Source of the DNA: an uncultured Thermoleophilia bacterium
GTDB lineage: Bacteria; Actinomycetota; Thermoleophilia; UBA2241
Direction of reading: 5' to 3'
DNA: 64,000 nt
NCBI GenBank assembly: GCA_963705205.1
Contig: CAVPJG010000001.1
Span: 3,871-67,870, forward strand
The position numbers and the translations under genes are program-made. Shown one piece after another: positions 29,172 to 40,237 of the stretch. Each line of letters starts with the position of its first letter. Position 1 is the stretch's first letter. Under the pieces are notes generated by a model. That model was not told the DNA's origin. It saw only the letters and a program-made list of their open reading frames with translations, and did not search any database.

Positions 29172-30128
29172 ATGACCTACGATTCACTGCCGTTCAGCGG
29201 CATCGCGACCTTCTTCAAGGCGCCGCTGGTGCCGCTGCCGACGACGGCCGACGCCGACGTGGCCGTCGTCGGCATCGGCTGGGACGAGGGCACCACCAGC
29301 CGGTCGGGCACGCGCATGGGGCCTCGCGCCCTGCGCGAGGCTTCCACCCTCTACGCCTTCCAGCGCGGCGCCGAGCCGTTCTGGGACGGCGAGGCCGGCG
29401 TGGAGCTGCTCGGCGGCATCCGCTGGGCGGACGCAGGCGACGTAGCGCTCGGCCCCATGTGGTCGCCCGAGCGCTACCACAACGCGGTGATCGACAAGCT
29501 GCAGCCGATCATGAGCTCGGGCCTCTTCCCCGTCACGCTCGGCGGCGACCACTCCATCGGCTACCCGGTGCTCAAGGCCCTGTACCAGGCCAGGGGCGGC
29601 AAGCCGGTGCATCTGGTCCAGTTCGACACGCACATGGACTACTGGGACGAGGAGGGCGGCTCGCGCTTCTCCCACGCCAGCCCCATCATCCGCAGCCACG
29701 AAGCCGGATTCCTCTCCGGGCTCACGCAGTACGGCATCCGCAGCCTGCACACGCCCGGCGACAACATCGCCCTCGCCCAGAGCCGCGGGGCGCACATCTT
29801 CTGGTGCCAGCAGGCCAAAGACGCGCTGGTCGACGACCTGGTCGAGCACCTCCCCAAGGGCGGCGACGTCTACATCACCTTCGACATCGACGCCCTCGAC
29901 CCGGCCATCGCTCCGGGCACGGGCACGCCCGAGCCCGGCGGCTTCAGCTACTACGAGGCCAAGGAGATCCTGCTCGCCGTGTGCGCCCGCTGCAACGTGG
30001 TCGGCTTTGACGTCGTGGAGGTGGCGCCGCCGTACGACGGCCCCGGCCAGGTGACATCGCTGCACGGCGCCCGGCTGATCCTCGACACCGTGGGCGCCGT
30101 CTTCCGGAGGCGCGCGACGCTGGGGTAG
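29172..30128 (+). CDS. Ureohydrolase (agmatinase family)
   Basis: GPRALR, LGGDHS, FDTHMD, TFDIDALDP, GTGTPEPGG, DVVEVAPPYD. Confidence 0.92.
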   Translation: MTYDSLPFSGIATFFKAPLVPLPTTADADVAVVGIGWDEGTTSRSGTRMGPRALREASTLYAFQRGAEPFWDGEAGVELLGGIRWADAGDVALGPMWSPERYHNAVIDKLQPIMSSGLFPVTLGGDHSIGYPVLKALYQARGGKPVHLVQFDTHMDYWDEEGGSRFSHASPIIRSHEAGFLSGLTQYGIRSLHTPGDNIALAQSRGAHIFWCQQAKDALVDDLVEHLPKGGDVYITFDIDALDPAIAPGTGTPEPGGFSYYEAKEILLAVCARCNVVGFDVVEVAPPYDGPGQVTSLHGARLILDTVGAVFRRRATLG

Positions 30129-30140
30129 CGGCAGGAGCTA

Positions 30141-30518
30141 CTACGCCGCCGCCTCGACCGTCGCGACGGCGGCGTTGATCTGCGCGACGACCGCAGCGGG
30201 ATCGTCCACCTCGAGCACCAGGCGGTCAAACGCCTCGTCCACGAGATCGATCACGACCGCCTTCTCGGGATGGTGGACATCCCAGAACTCGTGGCGGCCG
30301 TGCACCAGCATCGAGCCGGCGGCGACGGCGTAGCCGAGCAGCAGGTCGGTGCGGCCCGCCCCGAGCCAGGGGCCGTGCCGGTGGACATAGGGGTCCAGCC
30401 GCGCGCCCGCGACGTGCGCGAGCGGTACGATCATGCGCCTGCGGGTCGTCCAGACGATGTCGAGTCCGTGCAGCGTCACCCTCAGGCGCCCCTGATCTAT
30501 GTCGATGTGGGTGTTCAT
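30141..30518 (-). CDS. Hypothetical protein (small beta-rich, bacterial PH-like)
   Basis: Fills the gap between convergent genes; typical codon bias; EFWDVH.PEKAVVIDL...RLVLEVDDP. Confidence 0.7.
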   Translation of the reverse strand: MNTHIDIDQGRLRVTLHGLDIVWTTRRRMIVPLAHVAGARLDPYVHRHGPWLGAGRTDLLLGYAVAAGSMLVHGRHEFWDVHHPEKAVVIDLVDEAFDRLVLEVDDPAAVVAQINAAVATVEAAA

Positions 30519-30621
30519 GCCCGGAGTATTCCCGCTTGCGCGGGCAGCTGACCGGCGGCGCGACGCCGGAGAGGGCGGGCGGTGGACTGACCGTGGGGGA
30601 ACCCGCCCGCCCCGTCCGGCG

Positions 30622-32077
30622 TCACGCCGGCAGCAGCACGGTGAACACGGAGCCCTGGCCGACGACGCTGGTCGCCTCGAGGCGGCCGCCGGCGCGCTCG
30701 ACCAACCGCTTCACGATGGAGAGCCCCAGCCCGTTACCCTCGAGCTCGCGCGTCTCGTCACGCTTCTCGCGGAAGAACTCGTCCCAGAGCCGCGCCAGGT
30801 TCTCCTCCTTGATGCCGATGCCGGTGTCGGCCACGTCCAGCCGCAGCCATCCGTCCTCCACCGCGACGCGCACCGTGACGGTGCCACCGTCGCGGTTGTA
30901 CTTGACGGCGTTACCGACAAGGTTGCTGAGCACGAGGCGGAGGTCATCGGGCCGGATGAGGGCGGGCGGCAGGCCCGCGGCGAGGTCCGTGGTCACCGTC
31001 ACGCCGCGCTGCGCGCCCCCTTCGCCGGCGAGCTCCACGACCTCGTGCAGTACGGGCGCGAGCGGCACCAGCTCGGGCTCCTCACCCTCGGGCGCCTGCT
31101 CGCTGCGAGCAAGCGTGAGCAGGTCGCGGATCAGCTCGACCAAGTTATCGATGCGGTGGTCGGCGCGGGCGATCATCGGCAGGTACGGGCCGAGGTCCTC
31201 GCCGAGGCTCTTGTCGGTGACCACCTCGAGGAGGCCCTTGATGGACCCGAGCGGGCTCTTGAGCTCGTGCACCATCATACGGATGAACTTCTGCTTCTCC
31301 ATGGCGAGGCGCCGCACCTCGCTGATGTCGCTGAGGGTGAGGATGCGGCCGCGCTCCTGCCCGCCTTCGTCGCGGAAGGTGACGATACTCGCCATGTACG
31401 TCCGTTCATCGAGCTCGAGCTGGCGCACGGTGCGGTCCTTGGCCGGCGCGGCCAGCTGCTCGCAGAGCGGCGCCAGGGCGCCGCCGCCGAGCAAGTCCTG
31501 CGCCGGCCGCATGAGCACCTCATCCTCTCCCAGCCCGAGCAGCTCGAGCATGGGCGGGTTGGCGAGCGCGACGTCGCCGGCCCGGTTCACGACGAGCACG
31601 GCGTCCCGCAGGGAGCTCACCAGCGAGTGCGTCTGCGTCTTCTCCTCGGCGAGCGCGAGCAGGCTCGCCTCGTGCTCCGCGCGCAGGCGCTCCGCCTCCG
31701 TGCGCGCCTGCTTGTGGCGCAGCAGCGTCGCCACCACGCCCTCGAGGTCGTCGGGGCTGAACGGCTTGGGGAGGAAGAAGTCCACGCCCTGGCGCGTGGC
31801 GGCGATGGCGGTGTCGATGTTGGCGTAGGCCGTGATCATGCAGACCATGGCGTCGCAGCCGCGCTGTTTCATGGTCTGCAGCAGGCTGAGGCCGTCGGTG
31901 TCGGGCAGCCGGTAGTCGAGGAGGGCGACGTCGTAGCTGCGCTCGCCGAGGGCCCGCGAGCGCGCCGGCGCCGTCGCCGGCCTCCCCCACCTCGTAGCCC
32001 TCCATCTCGAGGATCGTGCGGATGCCGCTGCGCACACCGTACTCGTCGTCGACGATGAGGATGCTGCCCTCGGCCAT
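30622..32077 (-). CDS. Hybrid sensor kinase REC-PAS-HisKA-HATPase, interrupted by a +1 frameshift near 31953-31955
   Basis: ILIVDDE in one frame; LLDYRLPD...FLPKPF, PAS (DAVLVVN...ANP), HELKSPL, NLVGNAVKY, DTGIGI, GNGLGL in the next; length 1456 = 3n+1. Confidence 0.9.
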
Positions 32078-32101
32078 GGTCGTCTCCTCTCCCGGCCCGC
32101 G

Positions 32102-32530
32102 TCAGACGGCGGCCGGATCGCCGGCCGTTGCCGCGGCTCCGGCGAGTTCCTCGATGACGGCGAGCACCTGCGCGCCGGTCACCGGCTTGTCCAGGAACCG
32201 GGCGAGCCGGGACCACTCGCGCAGCCCCGTGGCCTCGCCGTCGAACCGCGTGCCGGTCTCGGCGGCGACGCCGCTGAGCATGACGAGCGGGATGTGGCCG
32301 AGCCGCTCGTCCTTGCCGATGCGGTACCCGAGCCGGAAGCCGTCGTCGACGTGCTCCATCATCAGGTCCAGGAAGATGATCGCCGGGGTCTCGGTCTCCA
32401 GGAGCACCAGCGCCGCGTCGGGGGACTCGGCGATGAGCACGCGGTAGCCGCGCGCCTCCAGGTACACCTGCTTGCTCTCGAGGAAGTCCCGGTCGTCGTC
32501 CACGAACAGGACAGTCGCCTGGGTCGTCAT
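32102..32530 (-). CDS. Single-domain response regulator
   Basis: LFVDDD, FLDLMM (phospho-Asp), MLSG, FLDKPV; no output domain. Confidence 0.93.
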   Translation of the reverse strand: MTTQATVLFVDDDRDFLESKQVYLEARGYRVLIAESPDAALVLLETETPAIIFLDLMMEHVDDGFRLGYRIGKDERLGHIPLVMLSGVAAETGTRFDGEATGLREWSRLARFLDKPVTGAQVLAVIEELAGAAATAGDPAAV

Positions 32531-34584
32531 GCTGTCGCTCCCTTGTCGTCGATCAGCGCGGTCTGCCCGCCGACGTGGGTGCTGGGGAGCTCCACGTGGA
32601 AGGTCGTGCCGCGATCGGTCTCGGTGTCGAACCAGATGGTGCCGTTGTGCATCTTCACGATGCCGTAGCTGATGGGCAGGCCGAGGCCCGTGCCCTTGCC
32701 GATGCTCTTGGTGGTGAAGAAGGGCTGGAACACCTTGTCGCGAGCGCTCTGGGGGATGCCGGCGCCCTCGTCACTCACGGCGATGTGGATGCGCCCGCTG
32801 CCCTCGACCTCGTGGGCGCTCACGCGCACCGTGCCGTCACGGTCCTCCATCGCCTCGACCCCGTTCTTGACCAGGTTCACCAGCACCTGGGTCATCTGGT
32901 CGCGGTCGAGGTCGGCGCGCAGGCCGGGCTCCACGTCGACGACGAGGTCGACGACGTGGCCGTTGGGCTGCACCGTGGCGGCGGCGGAGTCGACGGCCTG
33001 CTGGAGCACGTCGTGTACGTCCACGCTGCCGAGGTGCACGCGGCTCTGCCGCGCGAAGTCGAGCAGGTTGCCGACGATCTTCTTGCAGCGCTCGCTCTCC
33101 TCCGCGACCAGCTTGAGGTCGTGATCGAGGTCATCGCGGTCCTGGAGCTTCTTCCCCAGGATGTGCGTGTACAGCAGGATCGTGCTGAGCGGGTTGTTGA
33201 GCTCATGCGCGACGCCGGCCGCCATCTGGCCCATGCTCGCCAGCTTCTCCGTGTTGATGATGTGCCGATGCACGTCGCGCATCTCGCTCCACGGGACGTT
33301 GAGCTCGATGCAGACGCGCTCGGCCTGGTCGATCATGAACGGCAGGCACATGGCGTCCTCGGCCATGCCGGAGTACACGGCGACCGCCTTGGCGCGACAG
33401 GTGGGATAGCCGCAGGCGCCGCAGTTGAGCTCGTCCTCCGGGAAGAACTTGTTGGTGCGCGCGAGGATCTCGCGGATCTCGTCCTCGGTCGGCTCCTCCA
33501 GGCGCTGGTCGTCCGGCGTGTAGACGCGGCTCAGGTCGAGACCGGGGAAGCGGGCGGCCAGAGGGTCGTCGAGCTCGCTGCGCACCTCCACGGCCGCCTC
33601 GGCCTCGCGGCGCCGGCACTCGGCCACGTACTCTCCGACGCGCCGCTTGCGGAGCAGGCCGGGCTCGGAGGAGCTGATGCCCGGCCCGCAGTAGCAGCCG
33701 CGGCACATGAGGGCCTCCACGAGCAGGGTCTGACCCGTGTCGGCCTCGCTCAGGCTGTCCAGCACCTCGACGGTCTCGTCGTGGCCGCTCACGACGAGGA
33801 CGTCGGGGTCGAGCATGCCTCGGTCCATGCCGGCGCTCTCGAGCAGGCCGCCGGGGAGCGGGAACACCCGCGCCCGGCCGGCAGCCGGCTCGTCCCACGC
33901 GGCCTCCGAGGCCGTCGCCGGATCCGCTCCTCGCGCCGCCAGCAGGCGGTGCGCCTCCTGCAGCGTCAGGACCTCATCGATCACGGGGTCCAGCAGCGGG
34001 TCCCGTGCCTCGGCCTTCTTGGCCACGCACGGGCCCACGAAGACGCAGCGCACGTCCTCTCCGTAGAGCTCCTTGACGGCCATCGCGGTCGCGATCATCG
34101 GAGAGACGATGGGCACGAGCCTGTCGGTCAGCTCGGGGTGGTACTTGCGCACGTACTCGGCGACCGCCGGACACGCGGTGGCGATGTGCACGCCCTGCGG
34201 GTTCTCGTGCAGGTACTCGGCGTAGGCCCGGCTCACCAGGTCGGCGCCCTGGGCGACCTCCACGACGTAGTCGAACCCGGCCGCTCTGAAGGCGCCGACG
34301 AGCTGCCCGGCGCGCACGCTGAAGCCCGCGGGGAAGGACGGCGCGAGCAGGGCGGCCACGGGCGCGTCCTCCTCGAGCAACCACGTCGCGCGCTCCAGCC
34401 CGCTCAGGTAGGACTTGGCGTTCTGGGAGCAGACGAGGGTGCAGTTGCCGCAGGCGATGCAGCGCCCGTCGACGACGAACGCCTGTCCGTCCTCGATGCG
34501 GATCGCCTCCGCCGGGCAGTCACGCACACACGTGTAGCACCGGCGGCAGTTCTGCTTGATCGTGGTGATGATCGCTCCGCTCAT
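32527..34584 (-). CDS. Sensory-type [FeFe]-hydrogenase fused to a histidine kinase (group C1-like)
   Basis: 2[4Fe-4S] (CRRCYTCVRDCP, CIACGNCTLVC); H-domain APSF, ATACP, GPCVAKKAE, EALMCRGCYCGPG; Cx2Cx4Cx16C FeS domain; AHELNNPL H-box, NLVKN, DEGAGI, FFTTK, GTGLGL. Confidence 0.93.
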   Translation of the reverse strand: MSGAIITTIKQNCRRCYTCVRDCPAEAIRIEDGQAFVVDGRCIACGNCTLVCSQNAKSYLSGLERATWLLEEDAPVAALLAPSFPAGFSVRAGQLVGAFRAAGFDYVVEVAQGADLVSRAYAEYLHENPQGVHIATACPAVAEYVRKYHPELTDRLVPIVSPMIATAMAVKELYGEDVRCVFVGPCVAKKAEARDPLLDPVIDEVLTLQEAHRLLAARGADPATASEAAWDEPAAGRARVFPLPGGLLESAGMDRGMLDPDVLVVSGHDETVEVLDSLSEADTGQTLLVEALMCRGCYCGPGISSSEPGLLRKRRVGEYVAECRRREAEAAVEVRSELDDPLAARFPGLDLSRVYTPDDQRLEEPTEDEIREILARTNKFFPEDELNCGACGYPTCRAKAVAVYSGMAEDAMCLPFMIDQAERVCIELNVPWSEMRDVHRHIINTEKLASMGQMAAGVAHELNNPLSTILLYTHILGKKLQDRDDLDHDLKLVAEESERCKKIVGNLLDFARQSRVHLGSVDVHDVLQQAVDSAAATVQPNGHVVDLVVDVEPGLRADLDRDQMTQVLVNLVKNGVEAMEDRDGTVRVSAHEVEGSGRIHIAVSDEGAGIPQSARDKVFQPFFTTKSIGKGTGLGLPISYGIVKMHNGTIWFDTETDRGTTFHVELPSTHVGGQTALIDDKGATA

Positions 34585-34594
34585 GTGACCTGCC

Positions 34595-36313
34595 TCAGAC
34601 TGCCGCGGCTTTGGGGCTGCGGTCGGTATAGCCGCGGTGCAGGAGCCGGTGGCTGACCTCTCCGAGCGGACGCCCGAGCAGGTCCTCGTACAGCGCCTGC
34701 ACCTCGGCGTTCTCGTGAGAGCGGCGGGTGCGGGAGCGCCTGTCCACTTCGTAGAGGCGCTCCAGCCGCTCCTTGACCGCCTGCGTGTCGGTGGCGTAGG
34801 GCTGCCCGCCACCGCCGATGCAGCCGCCCGGGCAACTCATGACTTCGACGAAGTGCAGAGCGGCATCGGGTGCCAGGAGCCCGTCCACGGACTCCTTGAC
34901 CCGCCCGAGGCCGTTGACCACGGCCAGGTTGAGCCGCGCGTCGCCGGCGGTGACGGTGAAGCGGCGCACACCCTCGGCGCCGCGGGCCTCGGCGACCTTG
35001 GGGCCGCCCTCGAGCTCCTGGCCCGCCACCAGCATGTACGCGGTGCGCACGGCCGCCTCCATCACGCCGCCGCTGCCGGCGAACAGGCGCCCGGCGCCGG
35101 TCGCCTCGGCGAACGGCGCGTCGAGCGGCGCCGTCTCGGAGAAGCGCGCGAAGTCCACGCCGAAGCGGCCCCAGAGGTGCTCCAGCTCGCGCGTCGTGAG
35201 CACGTAGTCCACGTCGCTGAGGTCCTGCGCCTCGAACTTCTTGGCCGTGCACGGCATGAGCGAGACGACCACCAGGCGCTTGCCGCCGAGGTCGGTGTGC
35301 TTCGGGTAGATCTCGCGGATCAGCGCGCCGGCCATCTGCTGCGGGCTCTTGCACGTGCTCAGATGCGGGATCAAGTCGGGACGGTGCGTCTCGACGAAGT
35401 TCACCCAGGCTGGGGAGCAGCTGGTGAACATGGGCAGCACGCCGCCGTTCTGGATGCGGTCGAGCAGCTCGGAGCCCTCTTCCATGATGGTGAGGTCGGC
35501 GGCGAAGCTGGTGTCGAAGACGGCGTCGAAGCCGACACGCTTCAGCGCGGCGGCAAGTCGCTCGAGCATGACGCGGACACCCTCGCTCTTGCTGTGACCC
35601 TCGAGCAGGGTCGCCGGCACCGCCGGAGCGACCTGTGCCACGACGACGGCGCCGGGGTCGGCCAGCGCGTTCACGACCTCGTCCACCTGGTCGCGCTCGA
35701 CGATCGCGCCCGTCGGGCACACGCGGGCGCACTGACCGCAGTAGACGCACTCGCTCACGTTGAGGCCGATGGCGAAGCCGGGTGCGATCTTCGTCTTGAA
35801 CCCGCGCCCGGCGAAGTCGATCGCGCCCACGCCCTGCACGTCGTGGCAGGTGGTGACGCAGCGGCCGCAGAGCACGCACTTGTTGGGGTCGCGCCAGAGC
35901 GCCGGGGAGCTGATGTCCACCGGGTGCTGTTTCACAGCGCCGACGTAGCGACGCTGGCGGGCGCCGACATCCGCGGCCAGCGTCGCCAGCTCGCAGTCGC
36001 CGCCGCGCACGCAGCTCAGGCAGTCCTGCGGATGGCTAGCGATGAGCAGTTCCATGATCGCGCGCCGCGCCTTGAGCACGCGCGGCGTGTGCGTGTGCAC
36101 AGCCATACCCTCCGTCACCTCGAGCGTGCAGCTGGTGAGCAGACGCGGGCTGCCCTCGACCTCGACGACGCACATGCGGCAGGAGGCCGCCGGGCTCGGG
36201 GCCCAATCCAGGGAGCACAGGTGCGGGATGTCGACGCCGGCACGCTGCGCGGCCTTGAGCACGGTCTCGCCGCGCGCGGCCTCGATCTCTTTACCGTTGA
36301 TGGTCAGATTCAT
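34595..36313 (-). CDS. hydA: [FeFe]-hydrogenase catalytic subunit (group A3, HydA)
   Basis: N-terminal [2Fe-2S], His-ligated cluster (HPQDCLSC...C), 2[4Fe-4S]; P1 FTSCSPAW, P2 MPCTAKKFE, P3 EVMSCPGGCIGGGGQP; C-terminal small-subunit motif SHEN. Real start is MNLTING at 36313. Confidence 0.96.
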   Translation of the reverse strand: MNLTINGKEIEAARGETVLKAAQRAGVDIPHLCSLDWAPSPAASCRMCVVEVEGSPRLLTSCTLEVTEGMAVHTHTPRVLKARRAIMELLIASHPQDCLSCVRGGDCELATLAADVGARQRRYVGAVKQHPVDISSPALWRDPNKCVLCGRCVTTCHDVQGVGAIDFAGRGFKTKIAPGFAIGLNVSECVYCGQCARVCPTGAIVERDQVDEVVNALADPGAVVVAQVAPAVPATLLEGHSKSEGVRVMLERLAAALKRVGFDAVFDTSFAADLTIMEEGSELLDRIQNGGVLPMFTSCSPAWVNFVETHRPDLIPHLSTCKSPQQMAGALIREIYPKHTDLGGKRLVVVSLMPCTAKKFEAQDLSDVDYVLTTRELEHLWGRFGVDFARFSETAPLDAPFAEATGAGRLFAGSGGVMEAAVRTAYMLVAGQELEGGPKVAEARGAEGVRRFTVTAGDARLNLAVVNGLGRVKESVDGLLAPDAALHFVEVMSCPGGCIGGGGQPYATDTQAVKERLERLYEVDRRSRTRRSHENAEVQALYEDLLGRPLGEVSHRLLHRGYTDRSPKAAAV

Positions 36314-36324
36314 GGTCGTTCCTC

Positions 36325-38346
<2,022 letters not shown>

Positions 38347-38347
38347 G

Positions 38348-38848
38348 TCAGGCCGCGGCCTCGTCCTCGGCGTCCTTCTGGTCCGCTGCCTCGACTTCGT
38401 CCAGCAGCGCGTCGAGCCTCTCGCTGGTGAGGTGGCCGTAGAACTCGCCGTCCAGCCTGATCACGGGGGCGATCGAGCAGGCGCCCAGGCACGCGACGCT
38501 GATGACGGTGTAGCGGCCGTCGGCCGAGTTGCCGTCGTCCCGCAGCTTGAGCCGGCGCTTCAGGTGCTGGGCGAGCGCGAGGCTCTGCTTGACGTGACAC
38601 GCCGTTCCCCGGCAGAGCTCGATCACGTGCTCGCCCAGTGGAGCGAAGCGGAACTGGTTGTAGAACGTCGCGACGCCGTAGATGCGGCTGACCGGTGTCT
38701 CCAGGGCCTCGGCCACGAGGACCATGGCCTCGGTGGAGAGAAACCCCTCCTCCGCCTGGATCTCCTGCAGCAGCGGGATCATCTGCTCGCGCGTGAGCTG
38801 CTCCCTGCGGCCGGCGATGATGGCTTCGGCGGCGGTCACGGCCGTCAC
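38348..38848 (-). CDS. hydC: [2Fe-2S] hydrogenase subunit (NuoE-like, HydC)
   Basis: IPLLQEIQ, YGVATFYNQF, CRGTAC, ACLGACSIAP; GTG start overlaps the upstream stop (GTGA). Confidence 0.94.
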   Translation of the reverse strand: MTAVTAAEAIIAGRREQLTREQMIPLLQEIQAEEGFLSTEAMVLVAEALETPVSRIYGVATFYNQFRFAPLGEHVIELCRGTACHVKQSLALAQHLKRRLKLRDDGNSADGRYTVISVACLGACSIAPVIRLDGEFYGHLTSERLDALLDEVEAADQKDAEDEAAA

Positions 38849-39267
38849 GCGCCCTTCGTGCCGGCCTCGTCCGCGTCCGCCAGCAGCTCGGCGATCGCGG
38901 CGGCCAGATCGGCCAGCTTGACCGGCTTCTCCAGGAACTTGGCCGCCGGCCACTCCCGGTACATCATCGGCTCGAAGACGTGGGTCTTGGTGTCGAGCTC
39001 CTTGGTGAACCCGCTCATGATGATGATGGGGATGTCCGCCGTCTCGGGGTCTTCGCGCAGCTTGAAGGCCACGTTGAACCCGTCGGTGTCGTGATCCATC
39101 ATGATGTCCAGCAGGATGAGGTCCGGCCGCCTGGCCGCGAGGCGCTCCCGCCCCTCCACACCACTGTGGGCGGTGTCGACCTCGTAGCCGCGCGCCTCCA
39201 GGAACGCCTTGACGCCCGCGACGAGGTCGCGGTCGTCGTCCACCATCAGGATCCGCTTCGCCTTCAT
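38845..39267 (-). CDS. Single-domain response regulator
   Basis: ILMVDDD, LLDIMM, IMSG, FLEKPV; GAGGAGGAG SD; no output domain. Confidence 0.93.
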   Translation of the reverse strand: MKAKRILMVDDDRDLVAGVKAFLEARGYEVDTAHSGVEGRERLAARRPDLILLDIMMDHDTDGFNVAFKLREDPETADIPIIIMSGFTKELDTKTHVFEPMMYREWPAAKFLEKPVKLADLAAAIAELLADADEAGTKGA

Positions 39268-39320
39268 TACTCTCCTCCTCTGTTCCGCGGCATACTCGGT
39301 CTCCGCCGGTGCCAGCCGTT

Positions 39321-39353
39321 TAGTTATCGTCTTCACAGTGAACCCATTCACAG
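39321..39353. promoter_or_regulatory. Two overlapping Rex operator-like sites
   Basis: CAGTGAA-CCCA-TTCACAG (39336-39353) and a weaker TAGTTAT-CGTC-TTCACAG (39321-39338) versus the known consensus TTGTGAA-N4-TTCACAA; AT-rich patch. Confidence 0.75.
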
Positions 39354-39398
39354 TAGCCTCGAAAAAAACACAACCTTCCAGAGTGTCCTGACCGTGCC

Positions 39399-40130
39399 TC
39401 ACTCCGTCATCCCCCGCGCCGGCTCACCCGGCTCGGCCGACGACGCCTGTGCGTCGGCCTCGCTGCGCGCCAGGAACGACAGCATCTCGAGCTTGGAGGT
39501 GATGTCCGTCTCCTCGACGAAGCACCCCGCCGGAGCGCTGACGCGCTTGGGCACGAAGTTGAGGACCGCGTGCACACCGGCGGCGCAGACCCGGTCGACG
39601 AGCGTCTGCAGCCCCTCGGGCCGGGACGCGAGGATCGCCATGTGCACGTCGAACTCGCGCAGCACTGTCTCCAGCTGGTCGACGTGGTAGCAGCGGCGGC
39701 CGGCGAGCACGCGGCCCACCTTCTCGCTGTCGACATCGAAGGCCACGGCGATGTGGAAGCCGCGCTCCTCGAACCCGCGGTAGGAAAGGAGCGCGCGGCC
39801 CAGGTCGCCGACGCCGAACAGGGCGACACTCTGGCTCTCGTCGGTGCCGAGGATACGGCTGATGGTGCGGCCCATCTGGTACACGTTGTAGCCGCGGGAG
39901 ATGTTGCCGAAGGTGCCGAAGCTGGCGAGGTCGCGGCGGAGCTGGGCCGGCGTGACGCTGACCAGCTCGGCGAGGTCGTGGGAGTGGATGTTCTCGATCC
40001 CGTCGCGGTCGAGCTCCTCCAGCACCTTGCGATAGATGCTCAGCCGCTCCACGGTCTGCAGCGAGACCCGCTTGGCCGGCCGCTTCGGCGGGGTCGTGGC
40101 GTCAAAGCCGGCCTGTCCACTGGTGATCAA
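39399..40130 (-). CDS. rex: Redox-sensing transcriptional repressor Rex
   Basis: TVERLSIY, PAQLRRDLASFG...GYNV wHTH; Rossmann GVGDLGRAL..Y; LNFVP. Start moved to TTG at 40130 (GGGAGG SD). Confidence 0.95.
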   Translation of the reverse strand: MITSGQAGFDATTPPKRPAKRVSLQTVERLSIYRKVLEELDRDGIENIHSHDLAELVSVTPAQLRRDLASFGTFGNISRGYNVYQMGRTISRILGTDESQSVALFGVGDLGRALLSYRGFEERGFHIAVAFDVDSEKVGRVLAGRRCYHVDQLETVLREFDVHMAILASRPEGLQTLVDRVCAAGVHAVLNFVPKRVSAPAGCFVEETDITSKLEMLSFLARSEADAQASSAEPGEPARGMTE

Positions 40131-40153
40131 GGTTCCTCCCACGGTTCCTTCGA

Positions 40154-40171
40154 CTGTGATTGTATTCACAG
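40154..40171. promoter_or_regulatory. Rex operator upstream of rex (autoregulation)
   Basis: CTGTGAT-TGTA-TTCACAG, near-perfect palindrome with N4 spacer. Confidence 0.8.
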
Positions 40172-40237
40172 TAGTCGACGGCTGTCAACCGGGACGTGAG
40201 CGACGGGTATGGGAGGAGAAGTGCGGCCGCGCGCAGG

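Noticed and set aside
18174-32077. Programmed ribosomal frameshifting in pth or the hybrid kinase
   Set aside because: No slippery heptamer at either site; two independent single-base insertions in short G/C runs fit sequencing error better.
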